34,752 bases of DNA, taken from the IMG/VR virus record IMGVR_UViG_3300020044_002798, positions 1-34,752 of that record; one strand, written 5' to 3'. The notes beneath the pieces were generated by a model that worked only from the letters and a program-made list of their open reading frames with translations, was not told the origin of the DNA and did no database searches. The translations under genes were made by a program, and so were the position numbers. Positions within the stretch are counted from its first letter, which is position 1. Every line of letters begins with the position of its first letter. Positions 16,258 through 24,800 of the stretch are shown here, in pieces. The stretch is from a virus (taxonomy: Duplodnaviria > Caudoviricetes).

Positions 16258-16522
16258 AATCCCTTACACAATCAATGTGGATGAGTACATTTGTGGTTGC
16301 CTTGAGCAAATCCGAAAGATGCTTACTACACACGACTTCTCTGCACTGCCTGCTGTGGTTGAACGTATCCAATACCACGCCACTAAGATGGAGTCTGCCC
16401 TTTATACTTACGAAGACGTTAAGTATAAGATTACTACTCGGGTAGACAAAGAGGGCCTCTCTGACGAAGACTTCCGTAACTATGTCCGTGATCGTGTTAA
16501 AAAGTGGAACGACGATGAGTAA
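16250..16522 (+). CDS. Hypothetical protein
   Basis: MSKIPY...; flanked by 13-bp direct repeats. Confidence 0.75.
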   Translation: MSKIPYTINVDEYICGCLEQIRKMLTTHDFSALPAVVERIQYHATKMESALYTYEDVKYKITTRVDKEGLSDEDFRNYVRDRVKKWNDDE

Positions 16523-17309
16523 ATTCCACAATAAGCCTCGTACGTGCATCGTTTGGTCATGTGGACACGCAGACCCAAGTGTCTCCAATGAACGTTTCAC
16601 TTGGTTGGGAAATCTGATTGAAGACATCAAGCCTGACTACTGCGTTGATTTGGGGGATGGGGCTGATATGCGTAGTCTCAATACCTACGACACTCGTTAT
16701 CCAGCAGCCATTGTGTCTCAGAGTTACCAAGCAGACATAGAACACTATAACGAAGCTATGGACCGTATCTGGGGTCGCTACAAGGTCAGTAAGAAGAAGC
16801 GACCTTGGCGTGTAGGGTTTTGTGGCAACCACGAAGAGCGTATCAATAAAGCCATTGCTCACGACCCTCGCTTACAAGGAGATAAGTATGGGGTTTCTTT
16901 CAAGCATCTTCAAACGGACCACTGGTTTGATGAATACTACCCATATGAAAACGGTGCGCCAGCCATCGCTGATTATGATGGTGTTTCATACGCTCATTAC
17001 TTTGCTTCTGGTAACTTTGGGAACTCTATGTCTGGCACTCATCATGCTTATTCCATCCTCCAGCACCGTAACCATAGTAGCACTTGTGGTCATAGCCATA
17101 AGCGCAGCTTGTATTTTAAAGACAGTGCTCACCCTGCTTCAATTATTGGCCTTGTCGCGGGGTGCTATAAAGGTGCAGACGAGTCATGGGCCGGGCAGTC
17201 AAATCGGGATTGGTGGAAGGGTGTCGTCATCAAGCGTGAGGTATCAAATGGCTCCTACGAACCTCAGTTTGTCAGTCTTGAGACACTTAGACGGGAATAT
17301 GGATCATGA
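16515..17309 (+). CDS. Calcineurin-like metallophosphoesterase
   Basis: CGH, LGDGAD, GNHE, YAHY, GHSH motifs. Confidence 0.9.
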   Translation: MSKFHNKPRTCIVWSCGHADPSVSNERFTWLGNLIEDIKPDYCVDLGDGADMRSLNTYDTRYPAAIVSQSYQADIEHYNEAMDRIWGRYKVSKKKRPWRVGFCGNHEERINKAIAHDPRLQGDKYGVSFKHLQTDHWFDEYYPYENGAPAIADYDGVSYAHYFASGNFGNSMSGTHHAYSILQHRNHSSTCGHSHKRSLYFKDSAHPASIIGLVAGCYKGADESWAGQSNRDWWKGVVIKREVSNGSYEPQFVSLETLRREYGS

Positions 17310-17758
17310 ATGAAATAATTTATGACCCAAAAACTGGCATCTTCTTTAAGAAAGGTAAGGTGTTTGGTAGCTTACACAGTGGTGGTTATCTTCACTTTAG
17401 GTTTAATGGTAAAAACGAGTTAGCACACAGGGTGGCTTGGTTCTTTGTTCATGGCTCTTGGCCTGAAGGGTGGATCGACCACATAAACGGGGACAAAAAA
17501 GATAACAGAATTGATAACCTCAGGCTTGCAACCCCATCTCAAAACAGGATGAACAGCGCCCCTATAAAAGCAGGTAAGCAAAAGGGTGTCTACAAAAAGG
17601 GTAATAAGTTTAGGTCTTGTATCCGTGTTGATAAAAAGAGTGTGTGGTCACCTTGTTTTGAGACTGAAGAGGAAGCCAGACTTTGGTATGAAACCAATGC
17701 TAAAAAGCAATATGGTATCCTCTACAAAGAACACAACTTGGAGAAAGAGTATGGCTGA
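17306..17758 (+). mobile_element. HNH-AP2 homing endonuclease
   Basis: AHRVAW...IDHINGDKKDNRIDNLR; KGVY...FETEEEA. Confidence 0.92.
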
Positions 17759-17969
17759 AGGTAAAATCTTCCACTCTTGTGGTCATGAAGACAAGTGGCG
17801 TCCTGTAGCAGGTTGGCCCCTCTACTACAAAGACTTCTCTGAGCATGGTAACGATGCTATCGGTTATGGTACTTACTGCCTAGAGTGTTACCTTGAGTTT
17901 ATTGGTGTTTGCCCTGATAACGCATTGCTATCTTGGAACGAAGCAGAAGAGTGGCTCAATGGGACGTAA
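17751..17969 (+). CDS. Hypothetical Zn-finger-like protein
   Basis: SCGH...YCLEC. Confidence 0.7.
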   Translation: MAEGKIFHSCGHEDKWRPVAGWPLYYKDFSEHGNDAIGYGTYCLECYLEFIGVCPDNALLSWNEAEEWLNGT

Positions 17970-18522
17970 AGCTAGTGTGGCCACAAATAACATCACCACA
18001 AAACCTCGTAGGGACAGGGACTGGTATCCTACTCCTAGTAAGGCTGTAGAGCCTCTTGCACCTTACCTACCTGAGTATGCTACCTTCTGTGAACCTTGTG
18101 CTGGTGATGGTGCTTTGGCTAGGCATGTATCAGACCTTACACACACAGGTGTCTGTTGTACTAGGGCTTACGACATTGAGCCACAACACCCTGATGTAGA
18201 GAAGCGAGATGCTACTACTCTTGAACCACAAGACGTGCTTCACTGTAATCTACTAATCACTAATCCACCCTTTCAGTGGGACATGTTGAAGCCACTTCTT
18301 GACCACTTGCCCACACTAAAGCCTACTTGGCTACTTCTTCCCTTCGGTTATGCTTGTAATAAGCGCATGGCACCCTACATGTCTATCTGTAAGAAGGTAG
18401 TACCTATCGGGAGGATCAAGTGGATCGAAGACAGTAAGCAGACAAGCACGGACGACTACTTTTGGGGCTTATTTGATGGAGATTTTAATGGAACCACGAA
18501 GCTATACCCAAGAGGACATTGA
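17959..18522 (+). CDS. DNA N6-adenine methyltransferase
   Basis: DWYPTP, EPCAGDG (SAM-binding), YDI, ITNPPF catalytic motif. Confidence 0.88.
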   Translation: MGRKASVATNNITTKPRRDRDWYPTPSKAVEPLAPYLPEYATFCEPCAGDGALARHVSDLTHTGVCCTRAYDIEPQHPDVEKRDATTLEPQDVLHCNLLITNPPFQWDMLKPLLDHLPTLKPTWLLLPFGYACNKRMAPYMSICKKVVPIGRIKWIEDSKQTSTDDYFWGLFDGDFNGTTKLYPRGH

Positions 18523-18997
18523 TAGGCTCAGGGAAGTCTGCTACTATCATGGGGGAAAGTTGTTCTCAAAACTTGAGAGGGGTATAAATGTAAAGATTGG
18601 GCAAGAACTTGGCGGTTCTGTAAACAAGCGTGGCTATCGCTCTTTTGTGGTAGATGGGCAAAGGTGGCTTCTGCACAGGGCGATCTTTGCTGTTGCACAC
18701 GGTTACCTGCCTGAATGTGTTGATCACATAGATCACGATGTACGCAACAACAATCTAGAAAACCTTAGACCTGCAAGTAAGGCCCAAAATTGTGCAAACA
18801 AAAAGGTTAAAGGTGTTGGCTGTAGACAAATTAAGTCTGGTAAATGGGAAGCCTATGCCTCGGATACTGAAAAAGGTAAACGTCGCTTCGTTTATTTAGG
18901 CGCATTTGTCACAAAAGAAGAAGCCGAGGTTGCATCTAACTCTTACAAGAAGATGAAGTACGGGGACTTTTATGAGACCGAAACTGTTCGACAGTGA
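18488..18997 (+). mobile_element. HNH-AP2 homing endonuclease
   Basis: LHRAIF...VDHIDHDVRNNNLENLR; YLGAFVTKEEA. Confidence 0.9.
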
Positions 18998-19034
18998 CTT
19001 TATTGGAACCACAAAACTGTATGCAAGAAAATGA
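18984..19034 (+). pseudogene. Relic duplicate of the methyltransferase 3' end
   Basis: Reads LFDSDFIGTTKLYARK* versus MTase end LFDGDFNGTTKLYPRGH* (18469-18522). Confidence 0.85.
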
Positions 19035-19174
19035 CTAAAGAAGAAATCGAAGAACTAATCGAAACCTATGGGTTTGAAGAAATCCTACTCCGCTTTAACC
19101 TTACACCTTGGAAAGTCCTAGAAGTATTGGATGACCTTGGCTATGTACTACTGGAAGTGTACGAAAATGACTGA
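19031..19174 (+). CDS. Hypothetical protein (47 aa, not in track)
   Basis: MTKEEIEELIETYGFEEIL...YEND. Confidence 0.7.
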   Translation: MTKEEIEELIETYGFEEILLRFNLTPWKVLEVLDDLGYVLLEVYEND

Positions 19175-19337
19175 GAAGCCCCTAGAAAACTATGCCCTCC
19201 TTAACTACTTCATCATCCTTTTTGTGGGACTTAAGTTAACTGAACACATTGATTGGTCTTGGTTTCAGGTCTTGATCCCTTTTTATCTTAAGGTAATCTT
19301 GATTTTTGTTAACACCTATGTAAAAGGTATGAAATGA
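19167..19337 (+). CDS. Small membrane protein
   Basis: LKLTEHIDWSWFQVLIP motif between two hydrophobic helices. Confidence 0.8.
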   Translation: MTEKPLENYALLNYFIILFVGLKLTEHIDWSWFQVLIPFYLKVILIFVNTYVKGMK

Positions 19338-19672
19338 CTAAGTGGGAACTAGACTTGCAGTCCGACTTTGATGTGTTTCAGGAAGAGTGCAAGAAGACTG
19401 CCATCTACCCTAAGTCACAAGGACTAGTGTACACAGCACTTGGCTTGGCTTCAGAAGCAGGTGAATATGCCTCTAAGGTAAAGAAGATGATCCGTGATGG
19501 ACACATCGATGATAAAGAAGCTGCCAAAGAACTAGGTGACGTTTTGTGGTATGCAGCTATGTGTGCAGAGGAACTAGGTTATGACCTTAGCGAAATTGCC
19601 ACAATGGTGCTTGCTAAACTAAAAGACCGTAAAGAGCGAAACACCCTTAAGGGGAACGGAGATAATCGTTGA
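19334..19672 (+). CDS. MazG-like nucleoside triphosphate pyrophosphohydrolase
   Basis: GLASEAGE..KVKK, KELGDVLWY, G.GDNR. Confidence 0.93.
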   Translation: MTKWELDLQSDFDVFQEECKKTAIYPKSQGLVYTALGLASEAGEYASKVKKMIRDGHIDDKEAAKELGDVLWYAAMCAEELGYDLSEIATMVLAKLKDRKERNTLKGNGDNR

Positions 19673-21591
19673 ACAATTACCTGCCTACTGACTACCAGTC
19701 ATTTATCGCAACATCGCGCTATGCCCGTTGGGTTGATGCAGAGAACCGTCGAGAGACTTGGCCTGAAACTGTTGCTCGTTACATTAATAATGTTGTTGAG
19801 CCTAAACTGGGCGACTATGAAGGTGTAGCCCCTGTGGGGGAACTTGAAGATGCTATCCTTGGCCTTGAGGTTTGTCCTTCTATGCGCGCCCTGATGACTG
19901 CTGGGCCTGCCTTGGAGCGTGACAACGTAGCGGGATACAACTGTTCCTATCTGCCTGTAGATGACCCTAAGTCCTTCGATGAAGCTATGTTCATCCTTCT
20001 TTGTGGTACAGGCGTAGGCTTCTCGGTTGAACGTCAGTACATCAGTAAGCTACCTGAAGTACCTGAAACAATGTTTGCAAGTGATACTACAATTGTAGTA
20101 AAGGATAGTAAAGAAGGTTGGGCCAAGGCCCTGCGTCAAGTGATTAGCCTTCTGTATGCTGGTGAAATCCCTAAGTGGGATGTGTCTAAGGTTCGTCCTG
20201 CTGGTGCTAAACTTAAGACTTTTGGTGGTCGAGCCTCTGGCCCTGCACCTCTTGTTGAACTGTTTAACTTCACTGTTAATATGTTTGCTAATGCAAAAGG
20301 ACGAAAACTCTCTTCTATCGAATGCCACGATTTGATGTGTAAAATTGGTGAGGTTGTGGTTGTTGGTGGTGTACGTCGCTCTGCTATGATCAGCTTGTCT
20401 AACCTCTCTGATGACCGTATGCGTCATGCTAAGAGTGGCTCTTGGTGGGAGAATAGTGGTCACCGTGCTTTGGCTAACAACTCTGTGGCATACACTGAGA
20501 AGCCTGACATGGAAACCTTTATGCGTGAATGGTTGTCTCTGGTTGAGAGTAAGAGTGGTGAACGTGGTATCTTCTCTCGTCCTGCCTCTAAGAAGCAAGC
20601 CACAAAGAATGGTCGTCGTGATGCAACATATGATTTCGGCACGAATCCTTGTTCGGAGATTATCCTTCGCCCGTATCAGTTCTGTAACCTCACAGAAGTC
20701 GTGGTTCGCGCTACGGACACACTTGAAGACTTGGAGCGGAAAGTAAAGCTAGCCACAATCCTTGGTACTATCCAATCAACGTACACTCACTTCCCATATC
20801 TGCGTAAAGTGTGGAAAGACAACACTGAGGAAGAGCGTCTGCTAGGTGTGTCACTGACTGGGATTATGGACAACGCTTTGTTGTCTGGTCGCTGGCCTGA
20901 GAGAAGCAGTCTTGCAGAAACCTTGGAGTATCTGAAGAATGTCGCTATCGCTACTAACGCTGATTGGGCTAATCGCCTTGGTGTTCCTGCTAGTGCTGCT
21001 ATTACCTGTGTCAAACCAAGCGGAACTGTTAGCCAGCTTGTCGATAGTGCTAGTGGTATTCATGCTCGGCATAGTGATTATTATATCCGTACCGTAAGGG
21101 GAGATAACAAAGACCCACTGACACAGTTCATGATTGATCAGGGCATCCCCAGTGAACCTGACGTTATGAAGCCTACCCAGACAACTGTGTTTAGCTTCCC
21201 TATGAAGTCGCCTGATGGTGCTATCACTCGTAACGACATGACTGCGATTGAGCAGCTTGAGTTGTGGTTGATCTACCAGCGTCATTGGTGTGAGCATAAG
21301 CCGTCGATCACTGTGACGGTACGTGACCATGAATGGATGGAAGTTGGTGCGTGGGTCTACAAGCACTTCGACGAGGTGTCTGGTGTATCTTTCTTGCCAC
21401 ACTCTGACCATACCTACCAGCAGGCACCTTATCAGGAAGTCTCTGAGCGTGAGTACCTTGATGCTCTTGCTGTTATGCCTGACCGTATTGACTGGAGTAA
21501 ACTCAGTGAGTATGAGACGGAAGATACCTCTAAGGGAACCAGCACTTTCGCTTGCGTTGGTGGTGCCTGCGAAATCGTGGATTTGACTTAA
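19669..21591 (+). CDS. nrdJ: Class II (adenosylcobalamin-dependent) ribonucleotide reductase
   Basis: YNC, GGVRRSA, GTNPCSEI, FCNLTE, TCVKPSGT, C-terminal CVGGAC; no beta subunit in the window. Confidence 0.93.
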   Translation: MNNYLPTDYQSFIATSRYARWVDAENRRETWPETVARYINNVVEPKLGDYEGVAPVGELEDAILGLEVCPSMRALMTAGPALERDNVAGYNCSYLPVDDPKSFDEAMFILLCGTGVGFSVERQYISKLPEVPETMFASDTTIVVKDSKEGWAKALRQVISLLYAGEIPKWDVSKVRPAGAKLKTFGGRASGPAPLVELFNFTVNMFANAKGRKLSSIECHDLMCKIGEVVVVGGVRRSAMISLSNLSDDRMRHAKSGSWWENSGHRALANNSVAYTEKPDMETFMREWLSLVESKSGERGIFSRPASKKQATKNGRRDATYDFGTNPCSEIILRPYQFCNLTEVVVRATDTLEDLERKVKLATILGTIQSTYTHFPYLRKVWKDNTEEERLLGVSLTGIMDNALLSGRWPERSSLAETLEYLKNVAIATNADWANRLGVPASAAITCVKPSGTVSQLVDSASGIHARHSDYYIRTVRGDNKDPLTQFMIDQGIPSEPDVMKPTQTTVFSFPMKSPDGAITRNDMTAIEQLELWLIYQRHWCEHKPSITVTVRDHEWMEVGAWVYKHFDEVSGVSFLPHSDHTYQQAPYQEVSEREYLDALAVMPDRIDWSKLSEYETEDTSKGTSTFACVGGACEIVDLT

Positions 21592-21593
21592 TG

Positions 21594-21613
21594 GTTGGCC
21601 CTTCGGGGCCAGC
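21594..21613 (+). other. C(UUCG)G hairpin after nrdJ
   Basis: GTTGGCCC-TTCG-GGGCCAGC; no U-tract, so a stabiliser or weak terminator. Confidence 0.65.
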
Positions 21614-21636
21614 TACACCACAAAGAAAGAGATAAG

Positions 21637-21792
21637 ATGTTTTTTGACCTAGTACAGATTGTTGGCCTAGCTGTGGTTGCCTATATTTGGTATCTACAAC
21701 AACAGAGAATTGAACTCCTTGAACTTGTTGTCGGACACATGTTGATTAGTCTTGATAAAGGAAGTAACGAAGATGTGGTGGATCATCAGTAA
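21637..21792 (+). CDS. Small membrane protein
   Basis: MFFDLVQIVGLAVVAYIWYL... Confidence 0.65.
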   Translation: MFFDLVQIVGLAVVAYIWYLQQQRIELLELVVGHMLISLDKGSNEDVVDHQ

Positions 21793-21997
21793 GCCTAATT
21801 GCTCTTGGTGTGACAAAGCCAAGGCTCTTATCTCAGAGAGAGGTGAAGGTTACACAGAGTATGATTACACAGATCACCCTATGCTTATTAAGTTAATGAA
21901 GAGGGCAGGTCTAGACACTGTGCCACAACTCTGGTGTGGTACTCAATATGTTGGTGGTTACGAAGATATGAAGAAATGGTTTGAAGATGACACTTGA
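21773..21997 (+). CDS. Glutaredoxin
   Basis: CSWC, TVPQ, YVGGY. Confidence 0.93.
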   Translation: MWWIISKPNCSWCDKAKALISERGEGYTEYDYTDHPMLIKLMKRAGLDTVPQLWCGTQYVGGYEDMKKWFEDDT

Positions 21998-22691
21998 AAA
22001 GCCGAAAGGCAAACGTCAGTCTCGTTACAAGCGCGCTGAGGAAGAAGCTAGTGGTAGCATTGTTGGGCTTAGCCCCTTTAATGAAAATCAAAGGCTCTAC
22101 ATCAACGCTTTGAACACATCTGATCAAGTGATTGTTTGTGGCTACTCAGGTACTGGGAAGACTTACATTGCAGCTACTTTTGCAGCCAACGCCTATCTGT
22201 CTAAGCAAGTAGAGAAGATCATCCTGACACGCCCTAATGTATCTGTAGGGAAAGACCTTGGATACTTCCCCGGAGACTTGAATGAGAAGTTTGCACCTTG
22301 GGCTGCACCAGTGCTTGATGTCCTTGAAGAGCAACTTGGGAAAGGGGTACTTGAGACTGGCATCAAGAATGGTAACATTATTCTATCTCCCCTTTCCACG
22401 ATGAGAGGACGGTCATTCAAGAATGCTTTTGTGATCCTAGACGAAGCCCAAAACACTTCTGTGGCAGAAATCAAGATGTTCTTGACACGTATAGGGCAAG
22501 ACACTAAGGTGGTCATCAATGGGGACATCCGTCAGTCTGACATTAAAGAAACGTCAGGTTTGTCTAAGATCATCACCATCGCAAAACGTCGAATGGTTAA
22601 TGTACCTATTATTGAGTTTGGTGTGGACGACATTGTACGTAGTGACATCTGCAAAGACTGGATCATTGCTTTTGAAGAAGAGGGGATATAA
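21987..22691 (+). CDS. phoH: PhoH-family ATPase
   Basis: GYSGTGKT, ILTRP, LGYFPG, MRGRSF, LDEAQN, NGD..Q.D, VRS. Confidence 0.96.
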   Translation: MTLEKPKGKRQSRYKRAEEEASGSIVGLSPFNENQRLYINALNTSDQVIVCGYSGTGKTYIAATFAANAYLSKQVEKIILTRPNVSVGKDLGYFPGDLNEKFAPWAAPVLDVLEEQLGKGVLETGIKNGNIILSPLSTMRGRSFKNAFVILDEAQNTSVAEIKMFLTRIGQDTKVVINGDIRQSDIKETSGLSKIITIAKRRMVNVPIIEFGVDDIVRSDICKDWIIAFEEEGI

Positions 22692-23002
22692 TGCCAGAAA
22701 TGACACCTGAAGAGTGGGATGCAGTATTTGCTAACTCCCCTATGGGTATCGTAAACAACTACCACAAAGGGGCTAAGAAAGTGAGAGACCCACTAAAGGA
22801 ACAAGTTGGTGGTGGACACTACAAGTCCATGAAAATCCAGCCTGTAGAGTTCATCTTGGCTAACGAGTTGGGTTTCTGTGAAGGCAACATCGTCAAGTAC
22901 ACTTGTCGCTACAAACAGAAGGGTGGAGTAGAGGACCTTAAGAAGGTTATCCACTACGCTGAACTCCTGATCTCTAAGTTAGAGGGGGAAAACCTTGAAT
23001 AA
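22691..23002 (+). CDS. DUF3310 protein (T7 gp1.7-like)
   Basis: QVGGGHY, IQPVEFI, FCEGNIVKY..RYKQKGGVEDLKK. Confidence 0.9.
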   Translation: MPEMTPEEWDAVFANSPMGIVNNYHKGAKKVRDPLKEQVGGGHYKSMKIQPVEFILANELGFCEGNIVKYTCRYKQKGGVEDLKKVIHYAELLISKLEGENLE

Positions 23003-23087
23003 CCTACGTGACTACCTGCCTTACATTGTGCTTCCTCTTGTTTGTGGTATCATCACAGGGTTCTTACTCCCATTAATCTTGAGGTAA
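22995..23087 (+). CDS. Small membrane peptide (30 aa)
   Basis: TTG start with SD GAGGGGG; YIVLPLVCGIITGFLLPLIL. Confidence 0.5.
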   Translation: MNNLRDYLPYIVLPLVCGIITGFLLPLILR

Positions 23088-23090
23088 AAC

Positions 23091-23294
23091 ATGATTACAT
23101 TAGTCTTCCTAGTCTGTAGCACTGTGAGTGGTGAGTGTTACTCTGCCACATCAACTACCGTACACTTCCAAGAAGAGGCTTGTATCTCTGAAGCTGTGGC
23201 TATCCTAGAGCGTAACTATGCGCTACAGAAAGAGGGTAAGTGGCCACCAGAGAAAGCAATCTTTAAGTGCATCGAGTGGGGAGAACCTGCATGA
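23091..23294 (+). CDS. Hypothetical Cys-containing, possibly exported protein
   Basis: MITLVFLVC....C...EEAC...KC.EW; SD GAGG. Confidence 0.75.
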   Translation: MITLVFLVCSTVSGECYSATSTTVHFQEEACISEAVAILERNYALQKEGKWPPEKAIFKCIEWGEPA

Positions 23295-23368
23295 TGACCT
23301 TTGTTCTCGTGGTAATTGCCTTCATGGTTTTCTTCTGGTTACTCGTTGACCAAGACCACGAAGGGTAA
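23291..23368 (+). CDS. Small membrane peptide (25 aa)
   Basis: MMTFVLVVIAFMVFFWLLVDQDHEG; ATGA overlap, SD GGAG. Confidence 0.5.
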   Translation: MMTFVLVVIAFMVFFWLLVDQDHEG

Positions 23369-23375
23369 AACATAA

Positions 23376-23427
23376 AGAAAAACCCCCGCTAAGGTGTGAA
23401 AACCTCGGCGGGGGTACTTTTATTTTT
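23376..23427. terminator. Bidirectional intrinsic terminator between converging modules
   Basis: A-run, ACCCCCGC..AGGT-loop-ACCT..GCGGGGGT, T-run. Confidence 0.85.
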
Positions 23428-23668
23428 AATGCTTGTCGTCTGGTTGTGCTTTGTAGAGTTCGATAATGTCTCGCTTAATCTCTTTCATATCCGTCTTGAT
23501 CTCGTTCATGATCTCTCGGTCTTCTTGCCGACGAACATCACGATCTTTAATCTCAAGTTGGAGTAGTGCAATCTGTTTCTCGTTAGTCAATACACGGCGA
23601 ATAAGCCATGTAATCCCTGCAATTATTGTGGAGATTGCTGTCCCTACAAGATACTCTACGTAATTCAT
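23426..23668 (-). CDS. Single-TM coiled-coil protein, candidate holin
   Basis: N-terminal TM segment; last gene of the lysis cassette. Confidence 0.55.
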   Translation of the reverse strand: MNYVEYLVGTAISTIIAGITWLIRRVLTNEKQIALLQLEIKDRDVRRQEDREIMNEIKTDMKEIKRDIIELYKAQPDDKH

Positions 23669-23877
23669 TTCTTACACCCTGCGTCAAAGCCTGCTACAAG
23701 TCTATCACCACTAAGGAGTGATTGTGGTCCACCGTCTAGCAGCAAGGCATTGACGTGAGTGTCTACGAGTGGTTCAAGCCCATCACAGACTGCATTGTCA
23801 CTGGTCAATCTGACGCTGGAGCAACCTGCTACGAGCGCTATCAACATCGTTAAGGGGAGCATTCGTCGCATTGTCAA
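23665..23877 (-). CDS. Outer-membrane lipoprotein, o-spanin (Rz1-like)
   Basis: Lipobox LVAGC; overlaps the i-spanin. Confidence 0.8.
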   Translation of the reverse strand: MTMRRMLPLTMLIALVAGCSSVRLTSDNAVCDGLEPLVDTHVNALLLDGGPQSLLSGDRLVAGFDAGCKK

Positions 23878-24046
23878 TCCTCTTTCGAGTCGATATATAG
23901 TTTTGGTGTTGCTCTGTGACTATACGAGCGGTTTCCTTGCTTGCTCCATACTGGATCATTGTCCAGAAAATCAAGCCAACAAGAAAAGCAATTGCCACAA
24001 AAAGAGTTATCTTTTGTCTTCCAACAAGTCCTGATAGCCATATCAT
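23798..24046 (-). CDS. i-spanin (Rz-like)
   Basis: N-terminal TM then helical region; follows the endolysin with ATGA overlap. Confidence 0.75.
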   Translation of the reverse strand: MIWLSGLVGRQKITLFVAIAFLVGLIFWTMIQYGASKETARIVTEQHQNYISTRKRIDNATNAPLNDVDSARSRLLQRQIDQ

Positions 24047-24522
24047 TTCTTTAAGCCTGCCAAGCATAGGTTAACTTTACTGTCAGCCCTGCGATTGACT
24101 AGACCTTGAATACGACCACCACCAGCTTTAACCCACTTATCTAGTTCCTTACAGGCTTCCTCATACTTACCTGCATTAGCTAGTCTCATCATAGTAGACT
24201 TACCAGCAGCAGAGATACCTACATTGTAGGCTAGTTCTAGGAGAGACGCCTGTACTCCTACAGGGATATTAGGGTTAGTCATGTAGGGCTTGAGTTTGTT
24301 GTAGTATTCTACCACAGAAGCCTCAAGCATCTTCTGACACTCTTGCTTAGTGTAGCTGTCTGTCATGAGGACACCTCGTGTCTCCCCGTAGCAGACCGTA
24401 GGGACGCCTACAATGTCCCTGTAAGCCACGAGGCTCAGACCTTCCCACTTAGCGATGAAAGGGGTTGCTGTGGCTATTACAGCGGCTGTGGTGACCGCTG
24501 CTATATTCTTCTTAAAGGACAT
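24043..24522 (-). CDS. GH24 lysozyme endolysin with SAR-like N-terminus
   Basis: E-x8-D-x5-T triad (WEG..YRD..VPT.CYG), AYNVG, GLVNRR; Ala/Thr-rich weakly hydrophobic N-terminus. Confidence 0.93.
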   Translation of the reverse strand: MSFKKNIAAVTTAAVIATATPFIAKWEGLSLVAYRDIVGVPTVCYGETRGVLMTDSYTKQECQKMLEASVVEYYNKLKPYMTNPNIPVGVQASLLELAYNVGISAAGKSTMMRLANAGKYEEACKELDKWVKAGGGRIQGLVNRRADSKVNLCLAGLKK

Positions 24523-24536
24523 TGTGGGATACCTTC

Positions 24537-24800
24537 TTATTCAGGTTTAGTGGGCCACACAACATTAGCAGGGAAACCTTCTTGGTCGGTAATATCCCTT
24601 AGTGCTTGACGGTAGACGGCCCATGCGGTTTGATCTACAGGGGCATCAGGGAGTTGTGTCCAGTCGCTGGCGGCAAGCAATGCATTGCGCTGGGCGCGGA
24701 TTTGATCAGCGGTGGGCGCAAGTGCTGCGATTTCCTCTGGCGTCATCTCGCGGATCGTGACTTCGCCTGTCTGGGCGTTGGTGATAATTTCCTGCATCAT
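24537..24800 (-). CDS. Tail fibre assembly chaperone
   Basis: RAQRNALLAASDWTQLPD..WAVYRQALRDIT.Q.GFP..V.WP. Confidence 0.9.
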   Translation of the reverse strand: MMQEIITNAQTGEVTIREMTPEEIAALAPTADQIRAQRNALLAASDWTQLPDAPVDQTAWAVYRQALRDITDQEGFPANVVWPTKPE

